NCBI RefSeq assembly: GCF_006345805.1
Contig: NW_021832528.1
Location: 210,786-274,785, forward strand
Source: Octopus sinensis
Taxonomy: Eukaryota
Reading direction: 5' to 3'
Length of the DNA: 64,000 bases
Below are positions 36,141 through 47,574 of this stretch, in pieces. Position numbers and translations under genes: made by a program. Under the pieces are notes generated by a model, which saw only the letters and a list, made by a program, of their open reading frames with translations, was not told the DNA's origin and ran no database searches. Each line of letters starts with the position of its first letter. The first letter of the stretch is position 1.

Positions 36141-38420
36141 ATCTAGTTTAATTAAATAATGTTTTTTTTTCATTAATAAATTATCTTAATTTTTAGTTTC
36201 CCAATTATTAATAGAAAACCTAATAAATTATGGCACGTGTGAGCACACTGTTGACATACCTTGTTGTCTTGTTACATTATTTGATCGATATTTATTTATT
36301 TATTTAATTGGATTAGAAGGAATATTTTGCGATGTAGTTTTTTTAATGGATAAATATCTGAAATTTCATCATTTTGTAATATTTGCGAGTTTATTCTTTC
36401 AATCTGTTTATTCCACTTATTTTGAAATCTGCTTTATCTTTTTATTGAATTATACGTTGTTTTTTGATAGAAAGTTTTATTTTGTATATCTTTATAGCAG
36501 ATTTTTATTTATTTGTTCCTGGATTTTTTTAAAACGTGAGTTGTTTTTTAAATTTTGAAAATATTCTTTTATTTTAAAATGAATGATAATTTGTGACATG
36601 GGTTCTGTTAATATTGCTTCTTTAGCATATTTTATCTATTATGTCGCGAGCCGAGCGCGCGACCGAGCACTAGACGCGACCAATCAAATTACTCAATGTC
36701 AATCAATGTCAAAATAACTTATTTTATTGATTAGATCAAGGACAATTATTATTTCTGACTGTTATAACTTCTTAAGTCGTTTGGCATGAACTTTCATTAC
36801 TGATCCATCACTATTTTCCACATTGACAAAATGTTAGACAATTTCGCAACAATAGTGAAGGATCCCCGTATGGATGTTCAAACCTGGTTAATCTCAAGGA
36901 AGGATTTGCCCCATAATCTTTTTGAATGCGAACCTTTTAAGTAATTATAAAATAAATACAATGTCTCCAATGTTTAATTCATATTTAGACACATGCACTC
37001 CCATCTCCTGTTCATTCTCTTATAATATGGAGAATCCAAGTTAACTTTTGGGAAGTTGAATTCGAATTCATCTTTAGTTGAATTTAAAACATTTACTGTT
37101 AATTTCGGGAGTGTATTGAAGTTCAGCTGCCTCAACATCAGTATTTCCTAAAACAGTATTGAATCCAGGAATTCCACGATATCTCTCAAAGGGGCTAACG
37201 CCTGCAAAAAATTTAAGACAAATAATTCACCTGTAGATGAATGAGGTGTTTGATTGTACAAAAACACAGTCTTTCTTATGTGTTTTACCCACTCTTTGGT
37301 GTCATCCAAACTCATAATTTTTGAAAGGCTCCTTGTGACCGTCTGATTAAATCGTTCAACAATTCCCTGACTCTGGGGATTGTTTGGTCTTCCATGTATT
37401 TGTCGAACACAAAACTCTTCACATACTTTTGTCACATGAGAATTTTTGAATTCTGTTCCGTTGTCTGATTGGAGAAACTTGCAGGGACCAAAATCCATAA
37501 AATATCATTCAGATTATTCGCCACCTCTACTCCACTTTTATTTTTAAGATTCCTTGTAAACGCATATTTCGAATATACGTCTATTACAGACATTAACCAA
37601 GAAAAATCATTGTTTTCATTTTTAAATCTACAAAATAAGTTAATTTTATACCGTTTAAGATCAATTAAATCTACTTGAAATCTTTCATTAGGTAAATCAG
37701 CAACAATATGAGTTGAATCATCATATTGTTTTAGTGGAACTGAAAATTTGCAAATATTGCATTCTTTAACAACTTGGCGAATGATCTCTTCTCAATATAA
37801 AAATCTTCGCCTACATAAGGCTTCCAAAGCATATGTCCGCAATGATTAGCTTCATGAATCTCACGTGCAATTAATTTCATCTCTTCTAAGCTCGTGGAAG
37901 CAATTACGAGCTTGTGTAGGCCGTTTACATCTTTAAGATATAGTTTCCCCTCTTTAATTAGGAAATTTTCTGCTTTCTTTTTGAGTCGATACTTCTTATG
38001 TTTGGAAAGATCGACCTCCTCATTATTGAGTATAGATCTTAGGAAATTATATTCATCTTGATCTTTTACAAACAAACGCTGGCCCGACATAACAAAGTGT
38101 AGACAAAATTATGCTAGCGTGGATAATATTTTATCTGGTGAGTATGGTACGCCGGCAATTAGACTGACAGGTGGATGACAGGTATGACAGGTGTCAAAGT
38201 CGCGTCTAGCGCTCGGTCGCGCGCTCGGCTCGCGACATATTAATAAAAATTGATTTATTTACCTCTACTCGATTATTTGATAAAATGTTAATTATTTCCG
38301 CGGCCGGATAGAATGGAGATTCGAATTTATCCAATCACAACGAAGGGTTTGTTCCATAATCTTTTTAACTTGAACCTATCTATAATTTTTTATCTAAACT
38401 TATCTCCGATACTAAATCAG
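36040..38420 (+). repeat. Copy 1 of a local duplication (Ginger-filled copy); copy 2 at ~46300-47015
   Basis: 36040-36641 plus 38243-38415 align with 46300-47015, including the hAT end and the MEIRIYPITTKGLFHNLFN segment. Confidence 0.9.
36642..38237 (-). mobile_element. Ginger2/TDD-type integrase DNA transposon
   Basis: 39-bp TIRs TGTCGCGAGCCGAGCGCG... with 1 mismatch; 5-bp TSD TATTA; zinc-binding H..H region; rve core LQSDNGTEF...PQSQGIVERFNQT; 29-nt intron in HSSTG|VSPF. The empty site lies at ~46845. Confidence 0.92.
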
Positions 38421-38830
38421 TCCTCGTTTTGGTTGGTATTTATGGCTTTACGGATCAACGTGCATAGGGATTCAGCGGCTGTAGCACGTGAGCCTTTCGG
38501 CAGTCTGATGGGGATCTTCTTTAAGAGACGGAAATTCGAAAGAAATTGCAAAATGACAACAAATGTATAACTATTGAACAAGGAATCGTCAGCAGGAGTG
38601 CTGGGAGTAGGCTTAGGAGGGTCGATTAGATAAAACAACACCCTCTAGACAATTGAGACATCTCCATAGAGGAATACGGGAAGATGAGGCCTTAGATAGA
38701 CCTACACACGATAGGTGGTAAAAATTGCCGCAGGAGGAGCATACCCTTCCCCTCTTGCGCGAATTGGTACAGTTGCACGAGTAGCATAGAGAACTCATTA
38801 AACGTATAGGATGAAAGAATTTACAATAAT
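38420..38830 (-). mobile_element. CRE-like element N-terminus with PHD finger
   Basis: C4HC3 motif CYSC...CSSCGNFYHLSC...WRCLNC, then IRLPKGSRATAAESL, a CRE N-terminal motif. Confidence 0.75.
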
Positions 38831-38993
38831 CAAAAGGACAGAAAAAAAAAGATTATATAAGGAAAGAGATTGATATGGAATGAGATCGATACCACAACAA
38901 GAATGTACAACAAGAAAGTACACAACAACAACAATTCAAACCAACCGCCTCCTTAATTGGAAATTGTACATTAAATTTAAGCATAAATAATTA

Positions 38994-40130
38994 CGAGGTG
39001 CGACAAAAGAAACCGGACAGATAAAAATAATCAAAAATTAGTATCTAGAATTGCCTCCTTTGGCATTATACACTGCGTAGCTTCTATCCTTCATTGATAA
39101 AATTAGTTCTTGTATGAACTCTATCGGGATTGATCTCCAAATTTGGATAATTTCCTCTTTTAGGTCATTGTGACAAGTTGGGGTTTTTTCATCTATTTTT
39201 CTTTTCATATATTCCAGACGTGCTCAATGGGATTGAGATCAGGTGACTGGGCGGGCCATGAAAGAACTTTGATTTGATTTTCGTTGAAATATTCCGTCAC
39301 AATTTTTGCTTTGTGGCAGGGAGCATTGTCCTGTTGGAATGTGAAATTTGTTAAATTCATTTTTGCTGCAGATTCCATCAGGTTATTCGTCAACAATTCA
39401 CATATCGTCCACTGTTTAACGTACCATCAAAAAAAACTAATTCCCCACTCCGTTGTATGAGATACATCCCCGAACCATTGTTTTACATTTTCCATGTTTT
39501 ACAGTTGGCAAGATATATCTAAATAAATATCAATCAACTACTTTAAGGATTCCCCTTTCTTTCGGTAAACTATTCGAGATTTTTTATTCATAGATAATTG
39601 AAAAATTGATTCGTCTGAGAAAATGTTCTCTTCCATTCTGCGTCCGAAATCATTAAAAAATTTTAGATATGTTCCATCTATCCTTAACATTTTTTTGGAG
39701 AGAAAGGGTCTTTTCATGGTTAATCTCCCAAAATAATTATTTTCATTCAATAAACGAATTATTGTCCTTTTGGAAATGTCTTTTCCAAACTTTTCATGTA
39801 CAAAGGAACGTAAAACGTTTGAACTTTCATATGGATTTTCTACACTATGAGCAGTTAGCTCATCAGTTTCAATCTTAGAAAGTATTCTAGCTCTCCCAGA
39901 AACTGGAAGTCGTGAAATTATCATATTTTTCTTGTTTTTTCTAAAAATCGTGGATCGTCGATTTTTGGTACAAGTAAGAGTGCTAATGCGTCTGATAGAC
40001 ATTCCTTGATTTTTAAAGGCAATTATTTGTCCTTTAACAAAATCTGACATGTGTTTACCCCTAAAAAAAGGTTAAAAATGTAATTTTGGCGAAAAACTGA
40101 AAAGTGTCCGGTTACTTTTGTCACCTACAT
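38994..40130 (-). mobile_element. Tc1-like (DD34E) transposon, internally deleted
   Basis: TIR CGAGGTGCGACAAAAGAAACCGGACA after TA; paired-like HTH; IFSDES, FQQDNAPCH, WPAQSPDLNPIEHVW. Confidence 0.92.
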
Positions 40131-40419
40131 TTAATAAGTGTGCTTTAAATTTAATGGATTATTCAAAAAAAAGAAATTAAAAAAGTAAATATATTATTTA
40201 ATGAATATTTTAATTTTAATTAACAACATGAAAACTTTTTGTAGACAGATGGGAGATGTTAATTCAAAGTCATGATGTGAGAATTCAGTTTGTCAGTCTG
40301 CCTAATCACTACAAAAAGAATATTTGGATTAAAAACAGCTTATCTGTATTTATAAAAGATAATTTTTTCAGATAAATTTATTTTTACATCAAAAAGTAAT
40401 TTACTTAAAAGGCAACAAA

Positions 40420-40700
40420 TATTTGTTGCAAACTATTTCCACAAATCCCATCGGATATTAATATTTTCCAATAAATCTATTTTGTTCCCTCTTTATCATT
40501 TCTATTCACAAGATAATATCCAGGTCCAAATATTCCGACATTTTTTATATTCGAACCAATAAAATAACTAAGTTCGTTGACATCTGAATTCTCATATTCC
40601 AACCATCCAGCATTCAGAGCCTTCATATATGTGACATTCACTTGGTTATTTGTGATCAATATATGTAGAGACATTTTTTCACAAATCTGTTAATGGGCTT
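40420..40700 (-). other. Possible second rhabdovirus G fragment
   Basis: ELSYF..KNVGIFGPGYYLVN resembles VSV G DLSYLAPKNPGTGPAFTIIN; single motif only. Confidence 0.33.
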
Positions 40701-41449
40701 AATGTCGTTCATTTGTGGTCATCTGTTTACGGGCTTGTTTTTGGAGTTCAATAATGCTTAACTGATTGGAGTGGTCGCTATTACGGGTTGGTAATCAGTT
40801 TTGTGTTTTAATTCATCTATGAGTGTTATTTTTTGTAAATTTACTTTTTTTTCTTTACGTTTCGAATGAGCTTTTTTATGCCATTTGGCATTTCTTAATG
40901 ACGTTGTTATTCATTTTATTTTTAAATAAAATTAATTTCCCAATTTGTCATTTTTTTGATATTGCTATTTAAGTCAACAAATTTAACTTTTTCAGAAGAC
41001 AGTGACACAAGTGCATTAAACTTGAATAAATTAATCTTAATTATTTATAAATTGGTGGCAGATGACTGTGGAACTTACTTATCAATATAGTAGACAAAGA
41101 TCTGTACGAACAAAGAGAGTGAACCATCTTCGTGAAAAGTTTAAAATTTTAGAAATTTGCTACCAAAATAATTCTATGTTTGGTTCAACATATGTGTCAA
41201 CAAAGTCTGTCAGTTTTCTTCCTACCACATTCCTCTCAATTTCAGGAGGAATTAAAATGAGAAGAACAATAACGTGCAAAATAATATGCGACAGCTACGT
41301 GCAACATCAATTAAATTAAATTTTGATGGTACTTATTAGTTATATAGATAGCCAATGAACGATGAAAACAACTTTATGAAGTCTAAAGATACACTAAATG
41401 CAGAAATGGTTTATTTATACAATCAAATCTTTTATAGTCGGACAATGGA

Positions 41450-42099
41450 GTCGTAAATGATGTCGCAATGTCTCAATGATGACCCTACTATTACGATCGA
41501 AGGTTAAAACACTCAAGAGACACTATTTTAAGGATTCGATGACCTTTATGGAGACGTCGTGCCAATGGCAACAGAATGCCGTTCAGATAACTTTCAAGAC
41601 GGACATGATAATCTTATCCGGACCTTTGAAAGAATGCACATTGAATCTTTCCCTTTCGAGACATGGCAAGTCGAGTATCTAAAATACCAAATGGTCGATA
41701 TTTGGTATTCACTTATCTTTAAAAAAGTGATTCACCACGGAACCGGAAGGTTCACTCCAGAAGACACTTCTATAGTCAAAAGTCTATTTTATATTCTCAG
41801 ATTTAGTAAAATATCAGGCATATTTGGAGGGAAGGATGGAACCTTACGAATCCAAGACCAAACTCGTCCGTCTTGGCATAAGTTGATTGATTTTTGTAAC
41901 TTTATTAGACGCAATGGTGATTGGACTCGATTTGGGAATCAAGTCGATGGTCCACGAGGAAGTTTCCGCGTTTTTACTAGACCCAGAAGTGGCATATGGT
42001 GATTACGGAATGTACCCACACGTCCCTCCCAACTCCTATGGTTATGTCTGTTTTGTATTTTTAGTTTTATTCCGAGTAGAAATTTTGGAGTTTTTTTAA
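41450..42099 (+). CDS. Orphan intronless decayed ORF, possibly viral (weak N-like resemblance)
   Basis: Long frame with stops and a shift; VDIWYSLIFKK and SKISG loosely recall rhabdoviral N VDMFFHMFKK and CKITG. The conserved RFKDC and SPYS motifs are not seen. Confidence 0.3.
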
Positions 42100-42139
42100 A
42101 CTCCAGTGGTTTGGCAACTCTCTAATTTTTTAAATTTAA

Positions 42140-42450
42140 ATAAACGTTCTTGTCTGTTTTGTCAATTTTTTTAAATTAATGTTTTTGTTTCTTTTCAAGA
42201 TCTTCAGTGATTTCTCTTCTTCGCTTGAAAGAAGAGGCGTACTCTTTGTTGTCAGCTTTCACAACGTTTCTGTGTTCATTGAGTATACTTCTCAACACAA
42301 CCGACTGGATGTATGTCCTAGTTCCTTTTTCAATTAATGACTTATTGACATAACTCCATCCCATGTCTAGACAATTTGAATAATCTTTATTTTTGCTTTA
42401 TAGAAGATCGATCGACATATCTTTTGTGAAATTTCTCCACTTCAACTTGT
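42140..42450 (-). mobile_element. R4/Dong-like LINE 3' fragment
   Basis: KQVEVEKFHK.Y...WDGVM...RTYIQSVVLRS matches the C-terminus at 45.7-45.95 kb. Confidence 0.75.
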
Positions 42451-42619
42451 TTTAAGCCAGTGTTTCTTAACCTTTTTTAAACGGGGACCACTTTAGTCTG
42501 TTGAATTTTTCTGGGGACCACCAGTAACAAAACAATTTAATAAAAAAGCTAACAAAATTAAAAAAATCATAGTATTTAGAGTTAGTGTGATTTTTGATCC
42601 TGCTTTACGGAAACTAAAA

Positions 42620-45600
42620 TAAAGTTAGTGTGATTTTTGATCCTTAAATTAAGAGCACGTTTTTCTTGTTGTGTACTGCATGTCTGTTTCAAGCAAGATG
42701 AATGAAACATATCCTAATGACCTATCTACGATGAATACTGATAGAGAAAACACTACTAACGTAGAGAAAGTAGTCAGGGGGCAGCATAAAGCTCAAGAAA
42801 TCGACATCGAACCTCATCCCTGTGTTACAGAACCTGTTTTTCAAACAAGACTACTATCTTTACAAGCAATTATGGATCAAGTACAAACGGATGACAAACT
42901 GGAATGGATTCATGAAGTAGTTCAAGCTATTAAATCAAGATTCGATCGAATACCGTATGGAGGATGGCCTCTTATAACAAAAGCTTTCAATGAAAAGTTC
43001 TCTTTGACCAAGTCAGTTTCTAACATAAAGATGTTGTTGAAAGTCAAAGGAAAAAAGGCTAAAATTTCCATGAACAAATTATCTGATGCAAATGGCCCAA
43101 AAACTGAAGTCTCCAACTTTAGAAAATGTTATGAAGAATTTTGTTCCCAAATTGAGAGAGTAAAATCAATCCCACGCGATTTACGAAAGCCAACAAGAAA
43201 AGTGCCTTATCAGTTACTAAAGAAGGAAATTTTAAATGGGATTAATTCAGCAATCTGGGAATTTTCCAAATCCAATTATTCAACAAATTAAGATGACATT
43301 ACAGATTTTGTATATGCGGGGCAATTAACTTATGAATACCTGACAATGTCGACTCGAAGAAAAAGCAACTGGAGTGAGCGCATTAATGAAAAACTGATTA
43401 ATCTGAATAAGAAGTTGGATCAAATTAATTCATTCGACTTACAGAAAACAAACCAGAAATTTGATGATGAAATTAGAGAAACTCTTCGTGAGTACAAATA
43501 CAAAAAGTCTAAGAAGGGAGAATTTGAAAGAATTTCGTCTTACATTCAGGATGAAATAAAAATTTTGGAAAAAAAACTCAGAATCCACGAGTCAAGAAGG
43601 GAGTTCAGAAAACAAAATTGGTGTTTTGAACTTAACAGAAGATATTTTTACAGAAATTTGAGCGAGGATAAGAAAAATGTTAAATTCGAATTTGATGAGG
43701 ATGATTGTTTATCTTTTTGGAAAAAAGTATGGAAAGAACGTGAAAGGAATGAAGAAACATTTACGTTAAATAACAGATCTACTGGTGCTGAAACCACACA
43801 TGCAGATTTCACTAAAGAATTCATTATCGATGTGATTAAAGTATCACCAAACTGGAGAGAAGCTTGGTGTGATGGAGTATATAATTTTTTTATAAAGAAA
43901 TTTACTTCGATTCATGAATTTCTGTGCAAAGAAATTATAAAGATTATAAACGGGAAATACTGTCCAGCCGAATGGTTCTATTCAGGAATTACCTATCTTA
44001 TTCTAAGAAGAAGTTTGCAACTCTCCTAAAGACCTAAGACCGATTACATGCATGCCCAATTTATATAAACTGACTACGAAATGTGTGAACAGGAAATTAT
44101 CAGACTACATCGATGCATATCGTCTCGTTAGTGATAATCAGTTGGGAACGAAAAGAATGTGTCAAGGAGCCAAAGAGCAAGCAATAATTAATCAGTCTGT
44201 CAATCAACAAAACGGAAATAATTTGGCCTCTGCATGGATCGATGTTAGAAAAGCTTTCGACACAGTGGACCACGACTTTCTCTTTAAGATTCTTGACTCT
44301 TCTGGCCTTCCAAATTGGATTAAAGATTTCATCAAAAATTTGGTGAAAAGATGGAAAATTAAATTGATATTTGACAAAAAAGAAATTGGAGAACTTAAAT
44401 TACGAAAGGGAATCTTACAAGGAGACTCGTTATCCCCTCAGATCTTTGTGCTATTGATGGATCCGTTAAGCAGATTATTAAATGTGAAGTACCCAAAAGT
44501 GAATATGGACAACTCTGGCCAGGGATCACTTACATACTTAACAAACCATCTACTTTTCATGGATAACTTAAAAATATTCTCAAAGAAAGAAGATACGTTG
44601 ATAAAAATAATGAATGATGTTAATCTTTCTTCGAGACTGCTGGACTAGAGAAAAATGTGGAAAAGTCAGCTACTAACGTGCAGTGCTTGGCTTCCGAGGC
44701 AAAACTACTTGATGGACTTGATAGCTACCGATACCTGGGAGTGCTCGAAGATAAAATGAGTAACATACTGAAAAGCGATGTGCTAAAATCAATCTTTGAT
44801 GAGATGAAGAAAAGAATTAACAATCTGGCCACTACAAAACTTAACTCAGGGAATCTATTCAAATCCATCAATGAACATGCATTGTCTCTTTATAATTATT
44901 ATATTGGACTTATTGATATCGACCCAACCGAATTTGAGGTTATTGATAAGAAAATCAGAGGAATTCTAATACAGAATAAGATTCACCTGAAGCCGGCGAA
45001 CAAAGAAAGATTATACCTACCCAGGAATCGTCTTGGAAGAGGACTCGTATCTATAACTCAAAAAAGCGAACGAATGATCCTCCAATTTTTCGGAGACCTT
45101 GAAGAAGTCTCATTAAGTCAAAGAAAACACATATGGCCACAATCGTAGAATTTATCACTCGAAAATACAAATTGGAGACCATGGAAGTCTCAATGTGAAG
45201 GCACTGCAAGGATTACAGAATGAATACCTAATTGCAGAAATCAGGAAAAAAACCTCTGCATTCAATCCTCTTTAATTGTTGGAAGATACTAATGTCGATG
45301 TTACGGAGTCCTCCGCGTGGTTAACATATGGAAACATCTCTCCGAGATCAGAAGCATCCTTCTGTTTACTACAAGACCGCAATTTCCTCTTTGGAGCAGG
45401 AGAAACGAATTGCAAACATTGCAACTCTGCGAAAAAACTGTTGACCATCTAGCTACCAGGTGTGGGCGAATGCTAAACAGCGATTACTTACGACGGCATA
45501 ATGAAGTAGTGAGATGTATTCATTTTTGCAGACAGTATGGAATAAAAAGGTCAAAAAGATTGAAGACCCATTCAGTCCAGTCTATAGTTGCAAATGAAGC

Positions 45601-46280
45601 AGTTGAGATCAGAGTCGATACTACTATAAGTACTGACACACACGTTCATAACAACAAGCCCGACATTTTCGTGTGGGATAAAATAAGAATACGATTACAC
45701 TATCGAAATTGGAATAACTTCGCAGCAAATCTTAAAAAAGTCGAAGTCGAAAAATCCCACAAGTATGATCTCTTAGCAAATGAATTAGCTTTAATCCACA
45801 AAGCAAAAGTGAATATAGTACCCATAGTATTAACGTTGGATGCCATTGTCAGTAAATACTACAAGCAATACCAGAATGGTCTGAAAATTGAGTACCCTGT
45901 AAGAGCATACATCCAAACTATTATTATGAAGAAGACTTTTAAAGTATGTGCATCGATTATAAACATGGAATGATGTCCCTAAAAGGACGACGGTTTTGAA
46001 GAAAATATAACTTTCCTTGATAACAACATAAATCAGAAACTCGACGAAACCGACTTAATGACGGGAGGATTTGAAAAAGAGTCCTACTTCTATAATAACA
46101 TTAATCGAGAGGAAGAGCGATGGAACTATAAATCGGAACCTGATGAAAGTCGTCTCATCCGGCAAAAGAAGAATCATCCTTTAGATTGTCTAAAAGAAGT
46201 TTGGAGACCGGTCAAGGTTGCTCGTGTTGGGGAAAAGAGGAGGATGGTCTATTGAGCTGGAAATTCGTTTAATTAGTTTA
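42620..46280 (+). mobile_element. Near full-length R4/Dong-like RLE non-LTR retrotransposon (RT + CCHC + RLE), disrupted
   Basis: RPITCMPNLYK, QLGT, WIDVRKAFD, GILQGDSLSP, LLFMDNLK, YRYLGV, RLYLPR..LGRGL, TVDHLATRC, RRHNEVV, NKPDIF; several stops and frameshifts. Confidence 0.93.
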
Positions 46281-46299
46281 ATATCACTTTTAAATTTGT

Positions 46300-47015
46300 T
46301 AATTTAATGTAATTTTATAGCCATTAAATCAGACCGCACTTATAGTACGCTGAGGGCCGCACCTATGTCTTTCGACGGGCGCATGTTTGACACCCCTGAT
46401 CTAGTTTAATTAAATAATGTTTTTTTTTCATTAATAAATTATCTTAATTTTTAGTTAACCAACTATTAATCGAAAACCTAATAAATTATGGCACGTGTGA
46501 GCACACTGTTGTCTTGTTACTTATTTGATCGATTTTTATTTCTTTATTTATTGGATTAGAATGAATATTTTGCGATGTAGTTTCTTTTAATATAAATTAT
46601 CTGAATTTCATCATTTTGTAATATTTGCAAGTTTATTCTTTCAATCTGTTTATTCCACTTCTTTTGCAATCTGCTTTATCTTTATTTATTGAATTCTACC
46701 TTATTTTTTGATAGAAAGTTCTATTCTTTATATTCTTATAGCAGATTTTTATTTATTTGTTCCTGGATTTTTTTAAAAGAGTGAGTTCCTTTTTTTAATG
46801 TTGAAAATATCCTGTTCATATTGCTTCTTTAGCATATTTTATCTATTAAATAAAATTGATTGATTTACTTCGAATCGATTATTTGATAAAATGTTAATTA
46901 TTTCCGCTGCCGAATAGAATGGAGATTCGAATTTATCCAATCACAACGAAGGGTTTGTTCCATAATCTTTTTAACTCGAACCTATCTATAATTTTTTATC
47001 TAAACTTTATCTCCG
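46300..47015 (+). repeat. Copy 2 of the local duplication (empty Ginger site)
   Basis: Single TATTA at ~46844-46848, where copy 1 carries the 1.6-kb element. Confidence 0.9.
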
Positions 47016-47574
47016 ACACTAAATTCGTTTTTACTATTGTGGACATTTATTTTCCTATTCATTGCCTTATTGCAGATAGTAAGCCTTTAGATGGGCAAAG
47101 CTTATCTAAAAATTATTAAATCTAGTTATTTTATCACTCACTAGTAGCAGAATTGAATATTGAAATTACTCGTATGCATATTAGGATAATCACTTCGGAA
47201 TTTATCATAATTTTCTCGAAAAAAACATTTTAATAAACACAAAAAATTAATGTTCAATAAAAACATGAATTTTTCAAAACAAAATTGTAAAAAATATTTA
47301 ATAAAATAAATGAAGAATTATTTTCTAAAATGAATTCTCCAATATTAGAAATTTTTTCGAACAACTTTTTATCGGATGAGATCCTTGCCCATTTTATCCT
47401 TAGTGCCGAAGCTGACCGTTCATTGTCCTGTAAAATTGTTGAAATATGGTCAAAATCCTTTCATAAATTTTGACAGCATCCAACATGTCGCTTCTTCTTT
47501 TATAGACCATAAAGTCGTTGACTTAATACAATCTGTGGAACTATTTACTGCGAAAGATAATTGTTTCCCTTTAT

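Noticed and set aside
36642-38237. Integrase as part of a Gypsy LTR retrotransposon or a Polinton
   Set aside because: It is bounded by short TIRs with a 5-bp TSD; there are no LTRs, gag, RT or DNA polymerase.
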